A stretch of 64,000 nt of DNA from an uncultured Rhodospirillaceae bacterium (GTDB lineage: Bacteria; Pseudomonadota; Alphaproteobacteria; MPNO01; UBA2964). The position numbers and the translations under genes were made by a program. The stretch lies in the NCBI GenBank assembly GCA_964499275.1, contig CAZCKO010000003.1, positions 21,729 to 85,728 on the forward strand, written 5' to 3'. Shown here piece by piece: positions 21,540 through 31,616 of this stretch; the stretch's first letter is position 1, and each line of letters begins with the position of its first letter. The notes under the pieces were generated by a model. It ran no database searches and was not told the origin of the DNA. It saw only the letters and a program-made list of their open reading frames with translations.

Positions 21540-22409
21540 TTAATCTTGCCCCTGTACAATATCAATCCAGGTACCATCGGGATCTGCAGTCTGGTAACTA
21601 CCAAGAGCATTTCTTGCAAACAACGTTCGACGCACCTCCGATTCCTCGCTACCTCCCAACCTCCGAGAAGCTAGGAATGTATTTTTTTCGCCTATGCGTT
21701 TTTCCTCTGCCTTAAATGCATCCATGTCCTTTACCGTAAACCCAATATGGTCAGGCCCAGGGCGCTTGATAGACATTCCGGCAAATATATCAACGCTCCA
21801 GGGCATTATTGATAAGGTCATCTTACCATCTGTTAGATGGTAATTTGGATCGCTTTCCCCGCGATTTGCCAACCGCAATTCGAAAACCTCTGAATAAAAC
21901 TCAGCACATTTTTCGGCATTGGGGGTCCGAATTGCAAATCTTGAGAACGTACAATTTTTTAAATTCTTTGTTTCTTCGGTATAAACATCCCGCAAATTCT
22001 TACTATCCTTCTCAGCCAGATCAAAAACATTACCGTCCGGATCATGGCCAGAATAGGCAGCAAAAGGCCTAATTGCTGGCCGTTTAACACAACCTGCACC
22101 ATCATAGGCCCCCCTCATTCGGTCCTCCACAATATCTATACTATCCACTACCATCCCGAAGTGATCGAGACCGCCAACATAACCATCTCGCCTAGGAATA
22201 ATATTCAGACCAAGGTTGCCGTCACTAACTACGGATGCACTTTCAAAGTCGTTTCTTCCAGAGGTAGTTAAGCCAAAAACTCCTTGGTAGTATTTTTGTA
22301 AAAACGGGTATTGGTTACTGATGATCGCCATATGATTAATTTTTGCAAACATAGACTGCCTCCCTCTTAGACCACGTTTATTCTGATGCACCAATATAAA
22401 CGCCCTCAA
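21540..22409 (-). CDS. VOC family protein (two-domain glyoxalase/extradiol-dioxygenase-like)
   Basis: 289 aa with two repeated beta-alpha-beta-beta-beta VOC modules. Paralogous to the upstream neighbour. Confidence 0.7.
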   Translation of the reverse strand: MRAFILVHQNKRGLRGRQSMFAKINHMAIISNQYPFLQKYYQGVFGLTTSGRNDFESASVVSDGNLGLNIIPRRDGYVGGLDHFGMVVDSIDIVEDRMRGAYDGAGCVKRPAIRPFAAYSGHDPDGNVFDLAEKDSKNLRDVYTEETKNLKNCTFSRFAIRTPNAEKCAEFYSEVFELRLANRGESDPNYHLTDGKMTLSIMPWSVDIFAGMSIKRPGPDHIGFTVKDMDAFKAEEKRIGEKNTFLASRRLGGSEESEVRRTLFARNALGSYQTADPDGTWIDIVQGQD

Positions 22410-23184
22410 TATCAGTCAAATGATATGTGTTAAGCGGTACACTCTGAAATAATCCCAACCTGGCCTTTCCTTCCTCACCGTATCCTAAAGGCCTGGAACG
22501 CATGAGCGGATTTTGCCCTGTTAAATCTTCAAGATCATCCTTCAAAGACTCTATACTTTCCACCCTAAAGCCAATGTGATCCGGCCCAAGGCGTTGAGGG
22601 TCCATACCATGATAATCATCCATGCTCCATTGCAAAACGGCGAGGGTCATTCGACCATCGGACAAATAAAAATTAGGGTCGTCGGCCTTATTATTAATCA
22701 AATGAAGTTCAAAAACTTTCGAATAAAATTCGGCGCATCGCTCCGCATGGCGGGTCCGCAAAGCAAAATGACTAAACTTACGAAGTGTTTCCTCACGATC
22801 TTCCGAATATATATCCTTTTGCATTTTTTTTTCGGAAAGATCAAAAATATTCGTATCAGGATCGTGGGCACTATAGGCAGCAAACGGCCGGACTGGTGGC
22901 CGCTTCAATAGTTTGATCGTCGAATCAAACTTAGCAATTCGCGACCGTGCTTCTTCTAAATCTTCAACCTCTAAACCAAAATGATCTAGTCCACTGCAAC
23001 GGCCCTCCCGACGCGGGATAATATTCATGCCAACATAACCGTCGCTCACCACAACGGCTCTGGCTGGCCGTGGCTTTTTGGCCGTCTTAAGTCCAAATAA
23101 TGCTTCGTAAAATTTAGCGTTTATCGCGTAGTGGTCTGTACAAATTGCAATATGATTTAAACGAGCAAACATTGATACCTCCAA
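22378..23184 (-). CDS. VOC family protein (two-domain), tandem paralog
   Basis: 268 aa. N-terminus MFARLNHIAICTDHYAINAKFYEALFGL parallels MFAKINHMAIISNQYPFLQKYYQGVFGL in the neighbour. It overlaps the neighbour by about 32 nt. Confidence 0.7.
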   Translation of the reverse strand: MEVSMFARLNHIAICTDHYAINAKFYEALFGLKTAKKPRPARAVVVSDGYVGMNIIPRREGRCSGLDHFGLEVEDLEEARSRIAKFDSTIKLLKRPPVRPFAAYSAHDPDTNIFDLSEKKMQKDIYSEDREETLRKFSHFALRTRHAERCAEFYSKVFELHLINNKADDPNFYLSDGRMTLAVLQWSMDDYHGMDPQRLGPDHIGFRVESIESLKDDLEDLTGQNPLMRSRPLGYGEEGKARLGLFQSVPLNTYHLTDIEGVYIGASE

Positions 23185-23426
23185 GGTAGGAATCTTTTAT
23201 TTGAGAAAATAATACCATGCCACTCAAAGCTTCCCAATACGCCAAAGAAACGTATAAAACGCGAAATTTAAGCGGTTAATTTAAAGACCATACCCCAAAG
23301 TTCAGACGTGATTTCTATACCTAAATCAACACAAGGGCGTCCCCATCCTTGGAAAACGTCATAAACAATTAATATGGTCCACTCATGAAGTTTGAGGACT
23401 AAATGCGCGGGTAATCAACGAACCGA

Positions 23427-24536
23427 TTAGACGTGATCTTCCAACCAATCCATTAACATTGGCATTTGATGAGCCCAACAGTCGTGAGCACAGTGAACGG
23501 TGCCGCCAATTTTTGGATCATCAAATATATGCAGTGTTTTATCCTCTGCACCAATTTCATTGAAGAGCTTCTTGGCTCCCTCAACATCCATCAATTTATC
23601 CATTGACCCATGTGTCATAATGGTCGGGACCTTAATATTCTGAGCTAACCCTTCCATCGAAAACTCTTTGAGCCGAACTTTAGCCTCTTCATCTGTAACA
23701 CCACCCAAAAGCCGCTGGCAGGTTGGCTGAAGATGCTCATAATGGAGGTAGAGGTCATCTAAAATGGAATAACAACCACACCAAGCAATCAGTGCCTTGA
23801 TCCGGTCCTCGAAGGCAGCCACCCGCGGCGCATAATATCCCGCCATTGATATCCCCATAAGGGCGACCCTATCTGGATCGATTTCTGGCCGAGAAAAGAG
23901 ATAGTCAAAACAGGCTTTCCCCGGCACCTCATAATCTGGTCGGGTAGGAATATCCTTCACGTACATTGAGGAGCCTCGTCCAGGGGTATCCACAAGCATC
24001 ATTGCATAACCGCGCTCACACAATTCACTACCACCAAAGTAAATCTCTTCCGCAAACGCGTCAGCGCCACCTAAAAATAGCACCGCTGGCCATTTTTCCG
24101 TTTTGGGGTTCCGGGGGTGACAAAAATAACCCTCATAAACCTCGTCACCGCATGGCACCTCAATGATTTCAATTTTAGGATCATTATACTTGGCGCCTGC
24201 TTGGAAGCATTCTTGCGACTTTATAAAGCGTTGGCGTTTATCATCGTTACGCTCGATAGTCAGCAAAACGTCGGACATACGCCAATACTGGTTAGCAGCA
24301 TAATAATAATTCATGGCCGTGCGGGTGTGACCAGCAGCCTCCGCTTTTTTTGCTCGCTCTTCAGTTTCCTCGGCCTTATTTATCCAAGCCCGTTCAAATC
24401 CATCCTTATCACCAACTTCGATCTCGCGGCATACACGGGAGATCTCAAATACATCTCCACCTCCATAGGCAGCCTCGGCAACTGTCCTAAGGGTTTGTGA
24501 GCCCATACCTTCGGTAGGAAAAAGAAAGTCAATCAT
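23427..24536 (-). CDS. alpha/beta hydrolase with N-terminal helical cap (2,6-dihydroxypseudooxynicotine-hydrolase/FrsA-like)
   Basis: 369 aa. An N-terminal helical domain is followed by an alpha/beta hydrolase core with nucleophile elbow GISMAG. Confidence 0.55.
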   Translation of the reverse strand: MIDFLFPTEGMGSQTLRTVAEAAYGGGDVFEISRVCREIEVGDKDGFERAWINKAEETEERAKKAEAAGHTRTAMNYYYAANQYWRMSDVLLTIERNDDKRQRFIKSQECFQAGAKYNDPKIEIIEVPCGDEVYEGYFCHPRNPKTEKWPAVLFLGGADAFAEEIYFGGSELCERGYAMMLVDTPGRGSSMYVKDIPTRPDYEVPGKACFDYLFSRPEIDPDRVALMGISMAGYYAPRVAAFEDRIKALIAWCGCYSILDDLYLHYEHLQPTCQRLLGGVTDEEAKVRLKEFSMEGLAQNIKVPTIMTHGSMDKLMDVEGAKKLFNEIGAEDKTLHIFDDPKIGGTVHCAHDCWAHQMPMLMDWLEDHV

Positions 24537-24590
24537 AACGCCTCCACGGTGAGAATAATAACTCTACCCATTTCTATCGTGGAAGTGACA

Positions 24591-25778
24591 CTACGTCGAG
24601 ATAGTATTAGGGGAAGGTTGACTGGCCGCGTACCAAAGCGTCGCACCAACAGCAATGACTAGGAAAGGCAGTGCTCCCAAGTTAACGACATTCCAACCAA
24701 AAAAGTGAACTAATGCACCAGAGGATAATGACAGAACGGATACAAAACCATAGATCAAGAAATTCATTGTGCCCTGTGTTTTTGCTCGCTCCGATACAGT
24801 ATACGCTCTGGTCATCAAGGACGTACCAGCCGTAAAGGCGAAATTCCACCCGACACCCAACAACAGCATTGATAACCAGAAGTGAGCTACTTCCACGCCT
24901 ACCAAAGCCACACCAACGCATACAAATTGTAATGCCAAGCCGATGATAATCATTTTTACCTCGCCAAATTTATTAATGAGGTGTCCGGTGACAAAGCCAG
25001 GAGCAAACATTCCAAATATATGCCATTCGATCACAAGAGCCGTGTCCGCAAATTGATGTTGTGCGTTGCACATAGCAATAGGCGTCGCCGTCATTAAGAA
25101 ATTCATGACACCTTGTGAAATCATTGCAGCAGTTGTCGCAACTAAAAAAACCGGCTGTTTCATTATTTGAATTATCGGGCGACGTGGCCCCGCCCGCTCT
25201 TCGGGCGTCATCATTGGGATATCGAGAAAAAAAAGCACAAATATTGCGAGTATTGTGACCCCGGTAAGAATTAGATACGCACCTACGAAGGGAACAGAGG
25301 TTACAAGGTTCTGTCCAATTTTAGCTGACTCTGGTCCAAGAAACCCAGATACTACACCACCCGCAAGAACAAGCGATATGGCCTTACTCTTAAAGTCCTC
25401 GCTTGCAACATCTGCCGCAGCGAAACGATACAACTGTGCGAAGCCAGCAAATAAACCAAATAGGAATGTTCCGAAGGCAAACAGCCAAAAGTTAGAATGC
25501 AACACAGAAAAAGCACAAACCAAACCACTGACTACTCCAATGATGGACCCCACAACAAATCCAACCTGGCGTCCAACACGCCTCATGAAAAGGGACGCCG
25601 GGATTGTCATTACAGCTGTCCCAACAATGACCAATGACGTTGGCAAAGTTGCCAACCCTTTATGACTAGCAATACCATAAGCAATTAGTGGTGCCGTCGC
25701 GATGAGCAGAGAACGGCCAGTCCCAAATAAGACCTGGCAGGTTGCTAGGACTAATACATTTTGTTTATCTCTGGTCAC
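24591..25778 (-). CDS. MFS transporter
   Basis: 395 aa with about 12 predicted TM helices. Its start overlaps the stop of the upstream amidohydrolase. Confidence 0.8.
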   Translation of the reverse strand: MTRDKQNVLVLATCQVLFGTGRSLLIATAPLIAYGIASHKGLATLPTSLVIVGTAVMTIPASLFMRRVGRQVGFVVGSIIGVVSGLVCAFSVLHSNFWLFAFGTFLFGLFAGFAQLYRFAAADVASEDFKSKAISLVLAGGVVSGFLGPESAKIGQNLVTSVPFVGAYLILTGVTILAIFVLFFLDIPMMTPEERAGPRRPIIQIMKQPVFLVATTAAMISQGVMNFLMTATPIAMCNAQHQFADTALVIEWHIFGMFAPGFVTGHLINKFGEVKMIIIGLALQFVCVGVALVGVEVAHFWLSMLLLGVGWNFAFTAGTSLMTRAYTVSERAKTQGTMNFLIYGFVSVLSLSSGALVHFFGWNVVNLGALPFLVIAVGATLWYAASQPSPNTIST

Positions 25779-26656
25779 GATGCACTAACTGGAAAACGAT
25801 ATAATTTGGCCGGATTATCAACCAAAATTTTCTTGGCTAATTCGGGGGAAGCCGCCCAATCGATTATCTGTTGAAGCAGGTCCGCGTCATTGGGCATTGT
25901 TCCTTTGAAATTTGGATGGGGCCAATTACTCCCCCAGATCAAACGATCCGGACGAGCCTCCATCAGTGCCTCAATAAAAGGACGCATATCATCATAGGGT
26001 AACCCGATTTGAGATTGCCTATACCAACTACTTAGTTTCACCCAACAGTTTTCGGTATGTTTCACAATATTTAGAAGCGATTGAAAGCCCTTGGAAGAGG
26101 TGCTCCCCCCTCCAAGTGGCCTACCCTGATGATCAATAACAAAATCGCATGGGAGTGACTCCAGGGTCGCGGTCAAATTGATAACCTCGTTAACATTACC
26201 AAAATGAAGTAGAACCATCCAATCCAGGTCGCGAGCTCGCGCCGCCATTTTGACAAGGTGTTCCGTACCATAACCTGCTTTGGAAATTGTTGAGAGACGC
26301 AAACCACTAATACCGTTATTTTTAAATGCAATTAGCTCATCGTCTGAAATATCTGGAGATACCAATACGATGCCTCTTCCATTTATGCCGAGTTTTCTGA
26401 CAGCATCTAGGGTGACACGATTATCGTTACCATGTGCACTTCCCTGAACAATTACCGCACGATCAATTCCAAGAATTGCCATTAAACCTTGAAATGTTTC
26501 AATGGTACATTCCTCGGGGGTATACCCACGCCTTTCAGAAAGAGAAAATTTTTTATATGGCCCCATAATGTGGACATGACAATCTGTAGTAGCAGTCGGT
26601 GGCGGTGGCGCAAGAGGGCGCCAGTCGGGGTCAGGAGGTTGGCAGCGAGAATTCAT
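25775..26656 (-). CDS. amidohydrolase-2 family lactonase (2-pyrone-4,6-dicarboxylate hydrolase LigI-like)
   Basis: 293 aa. N-terminal metal-ligand-type HxH (CHVHIMGP) and a DHQG motif near the C-terminal barrel, typical of the LigI/lactonase subgroup. Confidence 0.65.
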   Translation of the reverse strand: MNSRCQPPDPDWRPLAPPPPTATTDCHVHIMGPYKKFSLSERRGYTPEECTIETFQGLMAILGIDRAVIVQGSAHGNDNRVTLDAVRKLGINGRGIVLVSPDISDDELIAFKNNGISGLRLSTISKAGYGTEHLVKMAARARDLDWMVLLHFGNVNEVINLTATLESLPCDFVIDHQGRPLGGGSTSSKGFQSLLNIVKHTENCWVKLSSWYRQSQIGLPYDDMRPFIEALMEARPDRLIWGSNWPHPNFKGTMPNDADLLQQIIDWAASPELAKKILVDNPAKLYRFPVSAS

Positions 26657-26945
26657 TGATCTTCTTAAAAGTTAATGGGGCCGCTTGTAGAACATCCGAT
26701 CACGATGTTACCTCTTAACAAACTATAATTATAGATGCGAAATCACGCCGTGTAGAGGTCAATCCCATATGTAGTGCTGGGATTTCAGACCGAGTTATCA
26801 AAACAGCCTATGGACAAGAAACTACAGTCCGGTGAGCGAAGGAAGCGCTTGGTTTTAAAAGGGGCCAAATTCGTCGACTCAAAGGAGAAATTAGTGAAAA
26901 GCGGGGTGGTCTTTATAGAAATGATTAAATTGTTATATTTATCCC

Positions 26946-28016
26946 ATGAAAATTACCAATATTAAACTCGAAACATGCATCCTTCGCAAAGAAGATCCGA
27001 CCTGGCGTTTTGCACTTGGTGCTAACCCAACCACTGAAGGGGTTATTGTTTCGATTGAAACAGACAAGGAAATTACCGGTTTTGGATATGGGTCTGCGAC
27101 CGCCCATATGGGTGCCAGTATTGAAGGATTAACCGGCACCCTTAAACGACTAGTTCCTTATGTTAAAGAACACGATCCTCTATCAATGTCTAAAATTCGT
27201 TTAACAATGGATCGCGTCTTATCTGGTAATAACCAAGCCAAGGCCGCAATCGATAACGCATTATTTGATCTTGCAGCGAAATTTATGAATGTCCCCTTAC
27301 ATCAACTTTTTGGTGGTGCCGTTAGGACCGAGTTTCCAGTGCTTCGAATTTTAGCCATCAAGGAACCTGAGGAAATGGCCGCTCAGGCCCAAATTCTTTA
27401 TAATGAGGGATATCGTTATTTTAAAATAAAGGTTCAGGGAGAGGTAGCCTTAGACATCAAGCGTGTAGCGGCAATTCGAAATCAGCTTGGCGAGGACGCC
27501 AATTTAACTGTGGATGCAAATCAAGCCTATTCTCCAAAAGACGCAATTACAGCACTCAACGGAATGTCAGAATACCGTCTCGATCTTGTCGAACAACCGG
27601 TAGCCCTAAACGACTATAGTGGCCTTAAGCTGGTTACAGAGACCGTTCCTGTTCCCGTTGAAGGAGATGAGAGTGCCGGCTCACTGCAGGAGGTTGCCTA
27701 CCTAGTTAATAACCGAATCGTTGATGCCGTTAGTTTAAAGGTTCCAAAACTGGGTGGCTTATGGAACACACTCACAGCAGCACAAATATGTAAGAACGGT
27801 AATATTCAATATAGATTTGGGGCACATGTTGGCTCGCGCTTGCTCAACGCGCACGCCATGCATCTTGCGTCCACAATGCCCGACGTTTGGTATGCAAATG
27901 AATTAGGGGAGTTTGCCAGACTTTTGGATGATCCATTCGATGGTATTGATATCGAAGATGGTGTGGCGCGTTTGCCAAACGGAATTGGGGTGGGGGTTAG
28001 GCGCGTTCAAGGCTGA
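26946..28016 (+). CDS. enolase superfamily protein (mandelate racemase/muconate lactonizing enzyme family)
   Basis: 356 aa. Capping domain plus a TIM-barrel region containing KxK and the metal-ligand D/E/D pattern. Confidence 0.75.
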   Translation: MKITNIKLETCILRKEDPTWRFALGANPTTEGVIVSIETDKEITGFGYGSATAHMGASIEGLTGTLKRLVPYVKEHDPLSMSKIRLTMDRVLSGNNQAKAAIDNALFDLAAKFMNVPLHQLFGGAVRTEFPVLRILAIKEPEEMAAQAQILYNEGYRYFKIKVQGEVALDIKRVAAIRNQLGEDANLTVDANQAYSPKDAITALNGMSEYRLDLVEQPVALNDYSGLKLVTETVPVPVEGDESAGSLQEVAYLVNNRIVDAVSLKVPKLGGLWNTLTAAQICKNGNIQYRFGAHVGSRLLNAHAMHLASTMPDVWYANELGEFARLLDDPFDGIDIEDGVARLPNGIGVGVRRVQG

Positions 28017-28053
28017 GGCGGTACCCTAAAGAACAAATAATATAAAAATCAAA

Positions 28054-29100
28054 TTAAAGGCCATAAAAAGCTCTCGCGTTATCATTGAGTATCTTGTCAG
28101 CTACACTCGGTGACACCTTGCCATCATATTTAAGTTTCCTTAATGCTTCAATTTCAGCGGAAGTGTCAGCGTGCCCATAGTCGGTTCCAACTAACAAAGT
28201 GTCCTCACCGGAGTATTTAAGGACCCATTCAAGGTCATCTGTAACCTGGCAAGCCACGTATATATTATTATCAGCCATAATAGACTCAGGAAAATCGCGC
28301 CCGCGACGACCAAACCTAATTTCCATATCATTCAAGGCATAGGGAATCCATTGGGAACTTACCTCGACAAAGCCCCAGCGTACGGTTGGCCATTTTCTTG
28401 GAATATCATCCATCAATAAGTTATGAAAAGCTGATACGACAGGCAGTTTAGAACGGCCAAATCCGCATTCCTTTGCATAAATGTCTCGGACGTTAAAGCT
28501 GTTATTACCAGAATGAAAACAAATTGCCAGGTCTAGCTCTGCTGCCATATCGAAAAGGGGGTGAAAATAGGGTGTCGCCACTCTACGTTCACACTCGAGC
28601 CCACGCAAAAATATCCCGCACGCACCATTTTCCTTGGCAAATATGAGTTCTTGACGGACTTTATCCATCTGTAACAAGGGCGGCATTACAACCCATCGAA
28701 GACGATCGGGCGCTCTTGACCATATATCTGCTAACCAACGATTATACGAGCGACACAGAGCGAGTTCTATCTCAGGATTCTGTGTCCATGCCCTTAAAAA
28801 AACTGTGGGGTATAATACCTGGACGTCGATCTCTAATTCATCCATATGATCAATACGTGCCCGCACATCTATCATTTCCCGCGATTCTTTCGACGTATTG
28901 GATCCAATATTACCTTCCTTGGGTTGAAGCTTACCATCTATAATCCAATATTCGGTCTGGGTTCGTCCCTCCAGGTCAATTTCCGCCGCGCCCGTCTTCT
29001 GAACCACAACCATTGGTCGGAGATGATCGAACTCGGGGTCCATATAATTAAATGTAGCTTCACATTCGATGACGTGCGCGTCAGAATCAATCGACCCCAT
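28054..29100 (-). CDS. amidohydrolase-2 family protein (ACMSD/LigW-like)
   Basis: 348 aa. N-terminal IDSDAHVIE (the HxH-equivalent) and an amidohydrolase_2 barrel. Confidence 0.7.
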   Translation of the reverse strand: MGSIDSDAHVIECEATFNYMDPEFDHLRPMVVVQKTGAAEIDLEGRTQTEYWIIDGKLQPKEGNIGSNTSKESREMIDVRARIDHMDELEIDVQVLYPTVFLRAWTQNPEIELALCRSYNRWLADIWSRAPDRLRWVVMPPLLQMDKVRQELIFAKENGACGIFLRGLECERRVATPYFHPLFDMAAELDLAICFHSGNNSFNVRDIYAKECGFGRSKLPVVSAFHNLLMDDIPRKWPTVRWGFVEVSSQWIPYALNDMEIRFGRRGRDFPESIMADNNIYVACQVTDDLEWVLKYSGEDTLLVGTDYGHADTSAEIEALRKLKYDGKVSPSVADKILNDNARAFYGL

Positions 29101-29283
29101 TAGCTAATCTCCTAACTGGTTTATTTGGGAATAAATTAAACTCTATTCCTTTAGGTTATAACATCCCCATTGTTTAATATTAAATATCCAACTTGATGAC
29201 CTTGTATGCTCTCTAACAGAAAGATAGGATTTTTTTTAATTGGCATCACAAAGACAAAGATTAAGCCTTGCGAAAGGAATATC

Positions 29284-30438
29284 ATGGCATCCGCCTTGGG
29301 AGGGATAACGGTTCTAGAATTTGCATCCTATGTCTCGGGTCCATACGCCGGAATGATGCTAGGTGACCTTGGGGCGGAAGTGATCAAAGTGGAGGACGAT
29401 AAAACTGGAGACCCCTTCCGTGGTTGGGGTGCCACCGACTATTCTGCAACATTCGGGTCCGTAAACCGCAATAAGAAAAGCATCATACTTAATTTAAAGT
29501 CTGATGATGGTGTCGAAAAAGCAATTGCATTAGCATCACAGGCCGACATATTGATCGAAAATTTTCGCCCGGGCACCATGGATCGCCTTGGGCTCGGTTT
29601 TGAAAAGCTATCTACACTTAACCCACAACTCATCTATTGTTCCGTAACAGGCTTTGGCGGCACCGGGCCCTATGTAGCAAGACCAGGGTATGACACCATT
29701 GGCCAGGCAATGGGGGGGTTACTATCTGTACTTACCGATTTGGAAGCACCCATGGGTATGGGTATCTCTTTATCCGATCACCTTACAGGTATGATGGCAG
29801 CATATGGTTGCCTTGGAGCGTTATTTTCTCGTGATAAAACGGGGAAAGGCCAACGCGTAGAAACCTCTTTGCTAACAGCAACCCTTTCATTTCTTGGTGA
29901 AAATGCGGCGCGATATTTTGAGGAAGGAACTGTGCCAACGCGTAAGACGCGCACACAAACTGCACAGGTCTATGCCTTTGTCGCGGGAGATGGAAGACCT
30001 TTTGTCGTACACCTGTCTTCACCGCCAAAGTTCTGGAAAGGTCTTTGTAAAGTAGCGGGTCACGAAGAATGGTTCGACGATGCGAGGTTTGTAGATAAAG
30101 CAAATCGGCGCGAGAACTATGACGAGCTAGAAAATTTACTTACTAAAGTCTTTGAAACCAAACCCCGTGGACATTGGCTCTCCCGATTACTGGAAGAAGA
30201 TGTTCCTTCGGCGCCAATTTATACATTGGATGAAACATTAGCTGACCCTCAAATACAGCATCTCGGTATGGTACGCGAGGTACCCCATCCCAAGGTCGGA
30301 TCTGTTAAGCTTATCGAGAGCGGTGTAAGAATGTCAGATACACCGCCAGAAATTGTTACTGCGGCGCCGATGCACGGCGAACATACAGAAGAAATACTAA
30401 ATCGTATAACCGATAAGAAAACACGGATAGAAAAATGA
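29284..30438 (+). CDS. CoA-transferase family III protein (CaiB/BaiF)
   Basis: Motif LEFASYVSGPYAGMMLGDLGAEVIKVE is the family III CoA-transferase N-terminus. The track ORF extends to 29206, but ATG 29284 is the likely start. Confidence 0.8.
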   Translation: MASALGGITVLEFASYVSGPYAGMMLGDLGAEVIKVEDDKTGDPFRGWGATDYSATFGSVNRNKKSIILNLKSDDGVEKAIALASQADILIENFRPGTMDRLGLGFEKLSTLNPQLIYCSVTGFGGTGPYVARPGYDTIGQAMGGLLSVLTDLEAPMGMGISLSDHLTGMMAAYGCLGALFSRDKTGKGQRVETSLLTATLSFLGENAARYFEEGTVPTRKTRTQTAQVYAFVAGDGRPFVVHLSSPPKFWKGLCKVAGHEEWFDDARFVDKANRRENYDELENLLTKVFETKPRGHWLSRLLEEDVPSAPIYTLDETLADPQIQHLGMVREVPHPKVGSVKLIESGVRMSDTPPEIVTAAPMHGEHTEEILNRITDKKTRIEK

Positions 30439-31616
30439 TCGAACCATCTACTCATTTACGAGATAGGTGTGCCTTAGTTGGAGCAGGTCACAGCAGACTT
30501 GGTAAAGTACCGGGTGTATCTGCACAGGGGTTGCTCGAAGAAGCGATGCTAAATGCGCTTCTCGACGCAGGGTTAACCATCAATGATATCGATGGTCTGA
30601 TTTGTCGGGGCCCTGATGAAATTTATACATTCCATCAAGTGATGGGAGAAAGAATGGGGATCAATACGACCTTTTCAACAACCCTTACTAACGGTGGAGC
30701 CAGCCAGGTTTTAGGTGTTGCCCTCGCCGTCATGGCTATTGATGCGGGTTTGGCAAGCTGTGTGTTAGTCGGATACGGACGTGATAATTGGTCAAGGGTT
30801 CATGCCAATAAAGAAAATCATATGCGGAGTTCGAGTAGACCTCAACAAATGTATGGTATGGAATTTGGGCCTGAATTTGGCTATTACGGCGCAATTGCCG
30901 CACACGGCTTCGGCGCGCAACGTCACATGCATGATTATGGGACGACCCGAGAACAATTTGGTGAAATTTCGCTGGCTTTTCGCAATTATGCCCTCAATAA
31001 CCCCGATGCCGTCATGAAAAAACCTTTAACGATGGGGGACTATCTTGACGGTCGAATGATTGTTGAGCCATTCAGCCTATTTGACTGTTCGCTGCAAACA
31101 GATGGAGCAGGAGCCGTAGTGGTAACGTCCACAGAACGGGCCAAAGACCTGCGGCAAAAACCGGTACTAATCAAAGGGTTTGGTACTGGCAATAACATCA
31201 GTGGTTGGTTCAATGGAGACAACATGACCCATACAGGGGCAATCCAATCCGGCAAAACCGCCTATACAATGGCAGGCCTAGGACCCAAAGATATTGACTT
31301 TGGACAAATTTATGACTGCTTTACATACATGGTTTTGGTGCAGCTCGAAGACTATGGCTTTTGTAAAAAGGGAGAAGGGGGAGAATTTGTTGCATCTGGT
31401 GCTCTAACTCTCGACGGAGCGTTGCCGACGAATACCTCTGGTGGCCAACTCTCGGAAGCCCACGTCGAGGGCATGTTACAAGTCGTCGAAGGCGTTCGCC
31501 AACTGCAAGGTATTTATGGCCCGAAACGCCAAGTGCCAAATGCCGAAATAGGTTTAGTATCGGGACATGGCGGAAACACGGTATGTGAATCAACCCTCAT
31601 CCTCGGGACAGCATGA
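30435..31616 (+). CDS. thiolase-like protein (SCP-x/lipid-transfer-type, non-canonical thiolase)
   Basis: 393 aa thiolase fold. Its start overlaps the CoA-transferase stop (ATGA). It is followed by a DUF35 partner. Confidence 0.7.
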   Translation: MIEPSTHLRDRCALVGAGHSRLGKVPGVSAQGLLEEAMLNALLDAGLTINDIDGLICRGPDEIYTFHQVMGERMGINTTFSTTLTNGGASQVLGVALAVMAIDAGLASCVLVGYGRDNWSRVHANKENHMRSSSRPQQMYGMEFGPEFGYYGAIAAHGFGAQRHMHDYGTTREQFGEISLAFRNYALNNPDAVMKKPLTMGDYLDGRMIVEPFSLFDCSLQTDGAGAVVVTSTERAKDLRQKPVLIKGFGTGNNISGWFNGDNMTHTGAIQSGKTAYTMAGLGPKDIDFGQIYDCFTYMVLVQLEDYGFCKKGEGGEFVASGALTLDGALPTNTSGGQLSEAHVEGMLQVVEGVRQLQGIYGPKRQVPNAEIGLVSGHGGNTVCESTLILGTA

